Shown: positions 10,261 through 18,804 of the stretch, piece after piece
Layout: each line of letters opens with the position of its first letter
Position numbering within the stretch: the first letter of the stretch is position 1
Origin: an uncultured Clostridia bacterium
Lineage (GTDB): Bacteria > Bacillota > Clostridia > TANB77 > CAG-508
Direction of reading: 5' to 3'
Length of the DNA stretch: 64,000 bases
Assembly: GCA_944387425.1 (NCBI GenBank)
Contig: CALXEV010000001.1
Location: 3,258 to 67,257 of the forward strand
Notes under the pieces: generated by a model
Databases searched by the model: none
What the model was told of the DNA's origin: nothing
The model's input: only the letters and a program-made list of their open reading frames with translations
Position numbers and translations under genes: made by a program

Positions 10261-10713
10261 ATGATATCGAAATCTTTAGAAGAATATCTAAAAACAATGT
10301 ATCTGTTAAAAAAGCAAAATGATAAAATAAGAGTCACAGACATTGCAGAAAAAATGAATTGTACAAAAGCGAGTGTTAACAAAGCAATATATAATTTAAA
10401 GGATGAAAGAATGTTAAACTACGAATCATATGGTACAATAGAACTCACTGAAGAAGGAGAAAACTTAGCAAAGAAAATTCTAGAAGCATATGATATTGTT
10501 TATTTATTTTTAAAAGATGTATTAGAACTTAATGAAGAAGACGCAAAAAGTGAAGCAGAGAAGATTAAATTAGCAACAACTGATAATACTATAAATAAAC
10601 TTGCCAGATATGTACATAAAGAGTTAGGACTAAGTAATTTAAATTGTAATTATGATATAAATCAAGAAAAATGTAGAAGTTGCATAAAAAGAACAGCAAC
10701 TAAGAAAAAATGA
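10261..10713 (+). CDS. mntR: DtxR/MntR-family metal-dependent transcriptional regulator
   Basis: N-terminal HTH (EEYLKTMYLL...IRVTDIAEKMNCTKASVNKAIYNL) plus dimerisation domain; own RBS and promoter. Confidence 0.7.
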   Translation: MISKSLEEYLKTMYLLKKQNDKIRVTDIAEKMNCTKASVNKAIYNLKDERMLNYESYGTIELTEEGENLAKKILEAYDIVYLFLKDVLELNEEDAKSEAEKIKLATTDNTINKLARYVHKELGLSNLNCNYDINQEKCRSCIKRTATKKK

Positions 10714-10810
10714 CAAAACAGAACCGGCACCAAATGCCAAAATGAAAAAATAACAAAAAAGACCAGGTCCCAATTGACACGTGCCAAAAAAGACCCGGTC
10801 CCAAATGAAA
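10711..10810. repeat. Intergenic repeat cluster (locus A): one AGAACCGGCACCAAATGCCA unit and two GACC(A/C)GGTCCCAA(T/A)TG units with a TTGACACGTGCCAA palindrome
   Basis: Direct sequence comparison with 26920-27017, 38696-38756 and 39801-39910. Confidence 0.7.
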
Positions 10811-10820
10811 GGAAATTAAT

Positions 10821-11555
10821 ATGAGTAAATTATTAGAAATCAAAAACTTACACGTAAACGCAGAAGAAAAAGAAATACTAAAAGGAATAAACTTAAACAT
10901 AAACAAAGGAGAAATTCATGTAATAATGGGACCAAACGGATCAGGAAAAACAACAACAGCAAATGCAATTTTAAATAATCCTGAATACACAAAAACAGAA
11001 GGAAAAATCATATTTGATGGACAAGACATAACAGACTTAAAAACAGACGAAATTGCAAGAAAAGGAATATTTATGTCATTCCAACTACCAGAAGAAATTC
11101 CAGGAATATCTGTAACAAACTTCTTAAAATATGCAAAAAACAAAGCAACAGGAAAACCTGTAAAAATATTTGAATTCAAAGATGAGTTAAAAAAATACAT
11201 GGAAGAACTAAATATGAATCCAAAAAACATGGAAAGAAGCTTAAATGTAGGATTTTCTGGAGGAGAAAAAAAGAAAAACGAAATATTACAAATGTTAGTA
11301 TTAAACCCAAAACTTGCAATATTAGATGAAACAGACTCAGGACTAGATGTTGACGCAATAAAAACTGTATCAAAAGGAATAAAAATGTTCAAAAACGACA
11401 ATAATGCAGTTCTTATAATAACTCACAATACAAAAATACTACATGAATTAAAAGTTGACTATGTTCATGTTTTAGTAAACGGAAAAATTGTAAAAACAGG
11501 TGAACAAGACTTGGCTGAAGAAATAGAAGAAAACGGATATGCGCAATACAAATAA
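10821..11555 (+). CDS. sufC: Fe-S cluster assembly ATPase SufC
   Basis: ABC ATPase Walker A GPNGSGKTT; precedes sufB/sufD. Confidence 0.9.
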   Translation: MSKLLEIKNLHVNAEEKEILKGINLNINKGEIHVIMGPNGSGKTTTANAILNNPEYTKTEGKIIFDGQDITDLKTDEIARKGIFMSFQLPEEIPGISVTNFLKYAKNKATGKPVKIFEFKDELKKYMEELNMNPKNMERSLNVGFSGGEKKKNEILQMLVLNPKLAILDETDSGLDVDAIKTVSKGIKMFKNDNNAVLIITHNTKILHELKVDYVHVLVNGKIVKTGEQDLAEEIEENGYAQYK

Positions 11556-11576
11556 AATGAGTGAAAGGAAAAATAT

Positions 11577-12974
11577 ATGAAGACTCAAGTAGAAGAAATA
11601 AATAGAAATATTTATGACATAAAAAATAAAGATGAATATGATTTCAAAATAAAAAAAGGTATAACAAAGGAAATTATAGAAGAAATATCAGACCAAAAAA
11701 ACGACCCAGAATGGATGAGAGAATTTAGATTAAAAGCTCTAGAAGTATATAATCAACTTGAAATGCCAACATGGGGACCTGACTTATCAGAACTAAATAT
11801 GGATGAAATTGCAACATATGTAAGACCAAAAACAAAGTTAAATACTTCATGGGAAGATGTGCCAGAAGATATAAAAAACACATTTGATAAACTTGGAATA
11901 CCAGAGGCAGAAAAGAAATCACTTGCTGGAGTTGGCGCACAATATGACTCAGAAGTAGTATATCACAGCATGAAAGAAGATTTAATAAAACAAGGTGTAA
12001 TATACACAGATATGGAAACAGCAATAAGAGAATATCCGGAACTTGTAAAAAAACATTTTATGAAATGCGTTCCAGTAACAGACCATAAATTTGTAGCATT
12101 ACACGGAGCTGTTTGGTCTGGAGGTTCATTTGTATATGTTCCAAAAGGTGTAAAAGTAGAAATACCTCTACAATCATACTTTAGACTTAATTCACCAGAA
12201 TCAGGTCAATTTGAGCATACTCTAATAATAGTAGAAAAAGGTGCAAGTTTACACTTTATAGAAGGATGTTCAGCACCAAAATATAATAAAGTAAACTTAC
12301 ATGCAGGATGTGTTGAGCTATATGTAAAAGATGGTGCATATTTAAGATATTCAACAATAGAAAACTGGTCAAAAAACATGCTAAATTTAAACACTAAAAA
12401 AGCAATAGTAGGTAAAAATGCACAAATGGATTGGGTATCAGGTTCATTTGGCTCTAAAATATCAATGTTATATCCAATGAGTATATTAAATGGGGAAGGA
12501 GCAAAAACAGAATATACTGGAATATCATTTGCTGGAAAAGGTCAGAACTTAGACACAGGATTCAAAGTTGTTCACAATGCTCCAAATACTTCTAGTGTAG
12601 TAAATTCAAAATCAATTTCAAAAAACGGAGGAAAATGCACATATAGAAGTTTAGTAAGAATAAAAGAAAATGCAAAAAATTCTAAATCATCAGTATCTTG
12701 TGAATCATTAATGTTAGATGATTTTTCAATATCTGACACAATACCTGTAAATGACATTCAAACAGATGAAGTAGAATTCTCACATGAAGCTAAAATTGGT
12801 AAAATAAGTGATAAAGCAATTTTCTACTTAATGAGTAGAGGATTATCAGAAGAAGATGCAAAAGCCATGATAGTAAGAGGTTTTGCAGAACCAATAGCAA
12901 AAGAATTACCAGTTGAATATGCAGTCGAAATGAATAATCTTATTAATTTAGAATTAGAGGGAGCAATAGGTTAA
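11577..12974 (+). CDS. sufB: Fe-S cluster assembly protein SufB
   Basis: 465 aa, conserved SufB C-terminal region, operon context. Confidence 0.9.
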   Translation: MKTQVEEINRNIYDIKNKDEYDFKIKKGITKEIIEEISDQKNDPEWMREFRLKALEVYNQLEMPTWGPDLSELNMDEIATYVRPKTKLNTSWEDVPEDIKNTFDKLGIPEAEKKSLAGVGAQYDSEVVYHSMKEDLIKQGVIYTDMETAIREYPELVKKHFMKCVPVTDHKFVALHGAVWSGGSFVYVPKGVKVEIPLQSYFRLNSPESGQFEHTLIIVEKGASLHFIEGCSAPKYNKVNLHAGCVELYVKDGAYLRYSTIENWSKNMLNLNTKKAIVGKNAQMDWVSGSFGSKISMLYPMSILNGEGAKTEYTGISFAGKGQNLDTGFKVVHNAPNTSSVVNSKSISKNGGKCTYRSLVRIKENAKNSKSSVSCESLMLDDFSISDTIPVNDIQTDEVEFSHEAKIGKISDKAIFYLMSRGLSEEDAKAMIVRGFAEPIAKELPVEYAVEMNNLINLELEGAIG

Positions 12975-12975
12975 T

Positions 12976-14040
12976 ATGGAAAAATTAAAATTAAATGAAA
13001 CACCTGTTAGAACATCTCGTAATTATAATATGAATAATATAAAACTTGAAAATATAGAAATACCAGCAAAAATTCCAAGTTTTAATAATGTACAAATAAC
13101 AGGAAATAATTCAAAAGTTTCAATTGACTCACAAACAAGCAAAATTAATTTAAAATATGGTCTAAATAAGAAATTGCTTGAACAATTAGATTTATATGCT
13201 AATCAAAAGTTAAAATTAACAATAGATAACAAAACAAATAAAGAAACAATAATAAATTTTAAACTAGATGAAAAAGAACCAATATTATTAGACAATATTG
13301 AAATTAATGCAAATGAGCAAACAAATGCAACTGTAATAATAAAATATGAAACAACTAAAAATGTAAAAGCTTTTCATAATGCTGTAATAAGAACTAACGC
13401 AAAAAAAGATGCAAATATAAATATAATACTTATAAACTTAGTAAATCTAAGCACAGATAACTTTATAAGTATACAAAATAACTTTGAAGAAAATTCTAGA
13501 ATAAATTATACAATAGTTGATTTTGGTGGAAAAAGCAGTGTTACAAATTACTATTCAAACTTAGTAGGAGATAATTCAGACAATCAAATGAATGTAGTTT
13601 ATTTAGGAAGAGAAAATCAACTATTTGATTTAAACTATATAGGTGAATTAAGAGGGAAAAAGACTAATTTTAATATGGAAGTTCAAGGAGTATTAAGAGA
13701 TACAGCAAAAAAACATTTTAAAGGCACAATAGATTTCAAAAAAGGTTGTAAAAGAGCTAAAGGAAACGAAAATGAAGTTTGTATGCTTTTATCAGATACG
13801 GCAAAATCATTAGCATTACCAATGCTTCTATGTTCTGAAGAGGATGTAGAAGGAAATCATAGTACTGCAACAGGCAAAATGGGAGAAAAAGAATTATTTT
13901 ATATTATGAGTAGAGGATTTGAATATAAGGAAGCTATGAAATTAATGGTAAGAGCCAGATTTAACGAAATACTTGATAACATAAAAAACGGTGAAATTAA
14001 AAATGAAATTTTACAAGAAATAGACAGTAAATTAGATTAA
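12976..14040 (+). CDS. sufD: Fe-S cluster assembly protein SufD
   Basis: SufB/D family C-terminal region; position between sufB and sufS. Confidence 0.75.
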   Translation: MEKLKLNETPVRTSRNYNMNNIKLENIEIPAKIPSFNNVQITGNNSKVSIDSQTSKINLKYGLNKKLLEQLDLYANQKLKLTIDNKTNKETIINFKLDEKEPILLDNIEINANEQTNATVIIKYETTKNVKAFHNAVIRTNAKKDANINIILINLVNLSTDNFISIQNNFEENSRINYTIVDFGGKSSVTNYYSNLVGDNSDNQMNVVYLGRENQLFDLNYIGELRGKKTNFNMEVQGVLRDTAKKHFKGTIDFKKGCKRAKGNENEVCMLLSDTAKSLALPMLLCSEEDVEGNHSTATGKMGEKELFYIMSRGFEYKEAMKLMVRARFNEILDNIKNGEIKNEILQEIDSKLD

Positions 14041-14052
14041 AGGAGAATATTC

Positions 14053-15279
14053 ATGAATAATTTAAAAAAAGATTTCCCTATATTAGAAAATAAAAATATT
14101 GCATATTTAGATAGTGGTGCTACAACACAGAAACCAAAACAAGTAATAGAAGCAATAAAAAAATTCTATGAAACATCAAATGCTAATCCTCATAGAGGGG
14201 CATATGGTCTAAGCATTGAAGCAACCGAAATTTATGAAAGCACTAGAACTAAAATAGCAAAATTTATAAATGCAAAACATAGAGAAGAAATCATATTTTC
14301 AAAAAATGCTACAGAAAGTTTAAATCTAATAGCATATTCATATGGAATGAATAACCTAAAAAAAGACGATGAAGTTGTAATTTCAATAATGGAACACCAT
14401 TCTAACTTAGTTCCATGGCAAAAAGTAACAAAAGTTACTAATAGTAAATTAAAATATATGTATATAAACGAAAATTATGAATTATCAGATGAGGAAATAG
14501 AAAATAAAATAACAGATAGAACAAAAATTGTAGGAATTACACATATATCAAATGTTTTAGGAACAATTAACAATGTGAAGAAAATTATAGAATATGCCCA
14601 TAAAAAAGGTGCAATTGTAATTGTTGATGCATCCCAAAGCATCCCACATATGAAAATTGATGTTCAAGACTTAGATGCGGATTTTTTAGTATTTTCAGGA
14701 CACAAGATGTTAGCTCCACTTGGAGTTGGTGTTCTATATGGAAAAAAAGAATTGTTAGAAAAAATGACACCATTTATTATGGGTGGAGATATGATTGAAT
14801 ATGTGTATGAACAAGATACTACATTTGCAGAACTACCAAATAAATTTGAAGCGGGAACTCAAAATGTAGAGGGAGTAGTAGGTCTTGGTGCAGCAATTGA
14901 TTATATTGAAAGTATTGGATATGATAAAATTCAAGAAATTGAAAAAGAAGTTGTATCATATGCAAAACAAGAATTGTCAAAATTAGATTATTTGACATTA
15001 TACATGACTTCTAATGAAGACAAACACTCATCAGTAATATCATTTAATATAAATGGTGTACACCCACATGATGTGGCAAGCATATTAGATTCTGTTGGGG
15101 TATGTGTTCGTTCAGGAAATCATTGCGCACAACCACTTATGAGATTTTTAGGAATAGATTCAACATGTCGTGCAAGTTTTTATTTGTATAATACAAAAGA
15201 AGATGTTGACAGCTTAGTAAATGGATTAAATAAAGCTTATGAAATGTTTAAAAAATATATAAAAAATAAATGTCAATAG
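14053..15279 (+). CDS. sufS: Cysteine desulfurase SufS (class V aminotransferase)
   Basis: PLP-lysine region FSGHKML, C-terminal catalytic Cys loop RSGNHCAQP. Confidence 0.9.
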   Translation: MNNLKKDFPILENKNIAYLDSGATTQKPKQVIEAIKKFYETSNANPHRGAYGLSIEATEIYESTRTKIAKFINAKHREEIIFSKNATESLNLIAYSYGMNNLKKDDEVVISIMEHHSNLVPWQKVTKVTNSKLKYMYINENYELSDEEIENKITDRTKIVGITHISNVLGTINNVKKIIEYAHKKGAIVIVDASQSIPHMKIDVQDLDADFLVFSGHKMLAPLGVGVLYGKKELLEKMTPFIMGGDMIEYVYEQDTTFAELPNKFEAGTQNVEGVVGLGAAIDYIESIGYDKIQEIEKEVVSYAKQELSKLDYLTLYMTSNEDKHSSVISFNINGVHPHDVASILDSVGVCVRSGNHCAQPLMRFLGIDSTCRASFYLYNTKEDVDSLVNGLNKAYEMFKKYIKNKCQ

Positions 15280-15290
15280 AAAGGTGAAAA

Positions 15291-15758
15291 ATGGAAGATT
15301 TAAATAATGTTTATAATGAACTAATAATGGAGCATAGCATGAATTCATACAATAAAAAGAAATTAGAAAATGCAGATTTCTCAGAAATAGGACATAACCC
15401 AAATTGTGGAGACGAGATAACATTAGAGTTGAAATTAAATGGGGATATAATTGAAGATATGGCTTTTTCTGGACATGGATGTGCAATTTCACAAGCCTCT
15501 ACATCAATAATGATAGACACATTAAAAGGTAAAACAATAGAAGAAGCAAAAGATATAATCAACACATTTATTGAAATGGTTAAAAGAGAAATTACAGATG
15601 ATGAACAACTAAAAAAATTAGAAGATGCTATAGCATTTAAAAATATATCAAATATGCCTGCTAGAGTAAAATGTGCATTACTAGCTTGGCATACAATAGA
15701 AGATATGTTAAATAAAAAAGATAATGTGGGTAAAGGAAGTATAGATAGTTGTCATTAA
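15291..15758 (+). CDS. sufU: SufU/IscU-type Fe-S cluster scaffold (NifU N-terminal domain)
   Basis: Conserved Cys ligands (NPNCGD, GHGCAIS, CALLAWH). Confidence 0.85.
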   Translation: MEDLNNVYNELIMEHSMNSYNKKKLENADFSEIGHNPNCGDEITLELKLNGDIIEDMAFSGHGCAISQASTSIMIDTLKGKTIEEAKDIINTFIEMVKREITDDEQLKKLEDAIAFKNISNMPARVKCALLAWHTIEDMLNKKDNVGKGSIDSCH

Positions 15759-15780
15759 AATGATAAGGATTCACAAATAG

Positions 15781-15868
15781 CACAAAACACTTGACATAAA
15801 ATGAAATTGGATGATATAATTGCAATATGCAGAATAACTGCAAATAATAAAGAAAGAGGTCTTTAACT
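15781..15868 (+). promoter_or_regulatory. Copy 1 of a duplicated 88-bp promoter-plus-leader module (TTGACA-N18-TATAAT, leader hairpin TGCAG-AATAA-CTGCA, AAAGAAAGAGG RBS)
   Basis: Nearly identical to 16378-16465 (2-3 mismatches). Confidence 0.65.
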
Positions 15869-16297
15869 ATGTATATTGTGGCAGAACTTCCTAACCGGCA
15901 AACTAACAACTCTTTAAGTGCTGAAGTGGTGGTAGAAGATGAAAAGAAAAGTAATAAACAAATTATCTTAGAAATTGAATTTTTTCATAATCAATTTTCA
16001 AGTTTAAGACTTAATGGTAGACAATATAGGGCTGGTAATATTCCTATTTATAAAGATGCTGAAAATGAAGTAAATATTGATTATTCAAGAACATTTACTG
16101 ATGCTATTCTTGATGTTATAAGTCAAGAAAAAATTAGTCCTGATATTATTTTATTGTCAAACTATAGTTTTATATTGGGGCTCAAACAAGAAGGCATATG
16201 CCAAAAAGAAAAATTGAAATTTATCCCGCTAAGGATAAATTTCAAAACCAACATTGATAAGGGCGAAAGCTCTTATCTCTTATATTATATATATTAA
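15869..16297 (+). CDS. Hypothetical small protein (142 aa) driven by module copy 1
   Basis: ORF immediately after the repeated RBS; no recognisable domain. Confidence 0.5.
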   Translation: MYIVAELPNRQTNNSLSAEVVVEDEKKSNKQIILEIEFFHNQFSSLRLNGRQYRAGNIPIYKDAENEVNIDYSRTFTDAILDVISQEKISPDIILLSNYSFILGLKQEGICQKEKLKFIPLRINFKTNIDKGESSYLLYYIY

Positions 16298-16377
16298 CAT
16301 ATAAAAAATTGAAAGTCAACAGAAAGGTAAAAGGAATTGTAGATAATTATTAATAAAAGTTTAATACTATTAAGTAA

Positions 16378-16465
16378 CACAAAAAACTTGACATAAAATG
16401 AAATTGAATGATATAATTGCAATATGCAGAATAACTGCAAATAATAAAGAAAGAGGTCTTTGACA
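16378..16465 (+). promoter_or_regulatory. Copy 2 of the duplicated promoter-plus-leader module
   Basis: Same -35/-10, leader and RBS as 15781-15868. Confidence 0.65.
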
Positions 16466-16906
16466 ATGTTTGAAGTTGCATTTTTTCAACGGGCAGACAA
16501 GTTGGTAGGAGGAAAAGTCCAGCAAAGATGGGCCAAAATTATCCTTCAAGAAGACGATTGGTGTTCTTGTGAAGAACCAAGTGTAGAAATTTTCAATACT
16601 ATTGTGGATGAAGAAAAGTGTAATGACATTCCATTACTGCAAGATAACGATTCTAGTTTTGATCTTGATTTTGAAGACGCTTCTGAGGGAATTAAAGAAG
16701 TAATTCAAAAACATAATTTCAAACCTGAAGTGATTCTTTCCACTGCTTTAATGAGAATGTATGAAATGATTTATTCTGCTGAAAAAGAAAAAATTTCTTT
16801 AAATGTTTTGGTTACACCACATAAAAATATTTTGCATTATTTTTGCTGTGGTGTAGACAATGAGATTTTGATAGTTTCGTTTACAAGTTTAAAGGGTTTA
16901 CTTTAA
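16466..16906 (+). CDS. Hypothetical acidic small protein (about 146 aa) driven by module copy 2; GC mildly elevated
   Basis: ATG directly after the repeated RBS (ORF track extends 2 codons upstream); unrelated in sequence to the 15869 ORF. Confidence 0.5.
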   Translation: MFEVAFFQRADKLVGGKVQQRWAKIILQEDDWCSCEEPSVEIFNTIVDEEKCNDIPLLQDNDSSFDLDFEDASEGIKEVIQKHNFKPEVILSTALMRMYEMIYSAEKEKISLNVLVTPHKNILHYFCCGVDNEILIVSFTSLKGLL

Positions 16907-16946
16907 CTGAAAACGCGTAACGAAACTAACGGCTAAGTAACTCTTT

Positions 16947-16984
16947 CGCCCACTAAACCTAAAAATAGGGTTTAGTGGGTTTGC
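16947..16984 (+). terminator. Rho-independent terminator
   Basis: GCCCACTAAACC...GGTTTAGTGGGT stem followed by TTG. Confidence 0.65.
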
Positions 16985-17019
16985 TTATATAAATATTAAA
17001 AAGAAAATGAGGAAAAGAA

Positions 17020-18072
17020 ATGGAAAATAAAAAAGTGTTATTAGGAATGAGCGGAGGAGTAGATAGTAGTGTATCAGCGTTACTATTACAAAAACAAGGA
17101 TATGAAGTAATAGGAGCAACATTAGAACTATTTACAAAGAATAATAATTGTGATAAAAATACATATGTAGATGTAAAAAATATATGTGAATCATTAGGAA
17201 TTTCACACTACATTTATAATTGTAAACAACAATTTAAAGAACATGTAATTCAAGATTTTATAAATTGTTATTCTATTTGCAAAACACCAAACCCATGTAT
17301 TGAATGTAACAGATACATGAAATTTGGTGTAATGTGGGAAAAAGCAAAAGAACTTGGCTGTAATTATATAGCAACTGGACATTATGCAAAAACAGAATAT
17401 AGTGAAAAATATAATAGATGGGTATTAAAAAAATCTAGTGCAGGGAAAAAAGATCAAAGTTATGTATTATGGAATATTCCAAAAGAATTAATTGAACACA
17501 TTTTATTTCCATTATCAGACTTTCACGAAAAAGAAGAAATACGCCAAATTGCAAGAGAAAGTGGACTTAAAGTTGCGGACAAGCCTGATAGTGAAGATAT
17601 ATGTTTTATTCCAGACGGAAATTACAAAGAATTCTTAGAAAAAAATTCAAATTTAAAACCACAAGAAGGAAATATTGTAAGTTCAAAAGGAGAAATACTA
17701 GGAAAACATAAAGGATTATATTATTATACAATTGGACAAAGAAAAGGACTAGGAATTTCATATAAAGTTCCACTATTTGTAATAGGATTTAATCAAGCTA
17801 AGAACGAAGTAATTGTTGGAGAAGAAAATGAATTATATAAAAAAGAAATTGCTGTAGGCAATATAAATTTATTATTAGTAGATGAAATAAAAGAACAAAT
17901 GGAAGTAGAAGTAAAAACAAGATATTCTTCAAAAGTAGCAAAAGCTAAAATTACACAAAAAGGAAATCGAATAGATGTAATATTTGAAGAACCTCAAAGA
18001 GCAATAACACCGGGACAATCAGCAGTATTCTATATAGGAGATATTGTATTAGGAGGAGGAAAAATCTTATAA
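17020..18072 (+). CDS. mnmA: tRNA-specific 2-thiouridylase MnmA
   Basis: PP-loop SGGVDSS, catalytic Cys residues, about 350 aa. Confidence 0.9.
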   Translation: MENKKVLLGMSGGVDSSVSALLLQKQGYEVIGATLELFTKNNNCDKNTYVDVKNICESLGISHYIYNCKQQFKEHVIQDFINCYSICKTPNPCIECNRYMKFGVMWEKAKELGCNYIATGHYAKTEYSEKYNRWVLKKSSAGKKDQSYVLWNIPKELIEHILFPLSDFHEKEEIRQIARESGLKVADKPDSEDICFIPDGNYKEFLEKNSNLKPQEGNIVSSKGEILGKHKGLYYYTIGQRKGLGISYKVPLFVIGFNQAKNEVIVGEENELYKKEIAVGNINLLLVDEIKEQMEVEVKTRYSSKVAKAKITQKGNRIDVIFEEPQRAITPGQSAVFYIGDIVLGGGKIL

Positions 18073-18073
18073 A

Positions 18074-18766
18074 ATGTTAAATCAATTTTCAAGAACAGAA
18101 TTATTAATTGGAAAAGAAGGAATAGAAAAATTGCAAAAAGCAAAAGTTGCAATATTTGGAATTGGAGGAGTAGGCTCTTTTGTAGTAGAAGGTTTAGCAA
18201 GAGCTGGTGTAGGAAATTTTATACTTGTAGATAATGATGATATATGTTTAACAAATTTAAATAGACAAATAATTGCGACTCATAAAACTTTAGGAATGTC
18301 TAAAGTAGAAGTTGCAAAACAAAGAATTTTAGACATTAACCCAAATGCTAAAATAGAAATTAGAAAAGAATTTTTCACAAAAGAAAGTGAAGAATTTATT
18401 GACAAAACAGTAGATTATATTATAGACTGCATAGATACAGTAAGTTCAAAAATTGAACTAATTTTAAGAGCCAAAAACCTAGATATTCCAATAATATCAA
18501 GTATGGGAACAGGAAATAAATTAGACCCTACAAAATTTGAAATAACAGATATTTATAAGACAAGTGTATGTCCACTTGCAAAAGTTATGAGAAAAGAACT
18601 AAAAAATAGAGGAATAGATAAACTAAAAGTGGTTTATTCTAAAGAAGAACCAATAAAAATAAAACAAAGCGAAGAAGAAAAATGTAAAGCAGGAAGTATA
18701 TCATTTGTACCATCAGTAGCAGGATTAATAATATCAGGAGAAGTTATAAAAGACTTAATAAATTAA
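18074..18766 (+). CDS. tcdA: ThiF/MoeB-like E1 enzyme, tRNA threonylcarbamoyladenosine dehydratase TcdA-like
   Basis: GIGGVGS Rossmann motif, about 230 aa. Confidence 0.7.
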   Translation: MLNQFSRTELLIGKEGIEKLQKAKVAIFGIGGVGSFVVEGLARAGVGNFILVDNDDICLTNLNRQIIATHKTLGMSKVEVAKQRILDINPNAKIEIRKEFFTKESEEFIDKTVDYIIDCIDTVSSKIELILRAKNLDIPIISSMGTGNKLDPTKFEITDIYKTSVCPLAKVMRKELKNRGIDKLKVVYSKEEPIKIKQSEEEKCKAGSISFVPSVAGLIISGEVIKDLIN

Positions 18767-18804
18767 TAGGAGGAAATGCTAGTAACATAGCACAATCAAC
18801 TAAA

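Noticed and set aside
10711-10810. Interpreting the CCGG-repeat clusters as a CRISPR array
   Set aside because: The units are of two different sequence types, the intervening segments are only about 5-15 nt of A-rich filler, no array has more than 3 units, and no cas genes are nearby.
10711-10810. Interpreting the repeat units as the MntR or a Suf-regulator operator
   Set aside because: The same units occur upstream of dnaE and pta and after trmB and the flotillin gene, which do not form a plausible regulon. The sequence does not resemble the known MntR box as I recall it.
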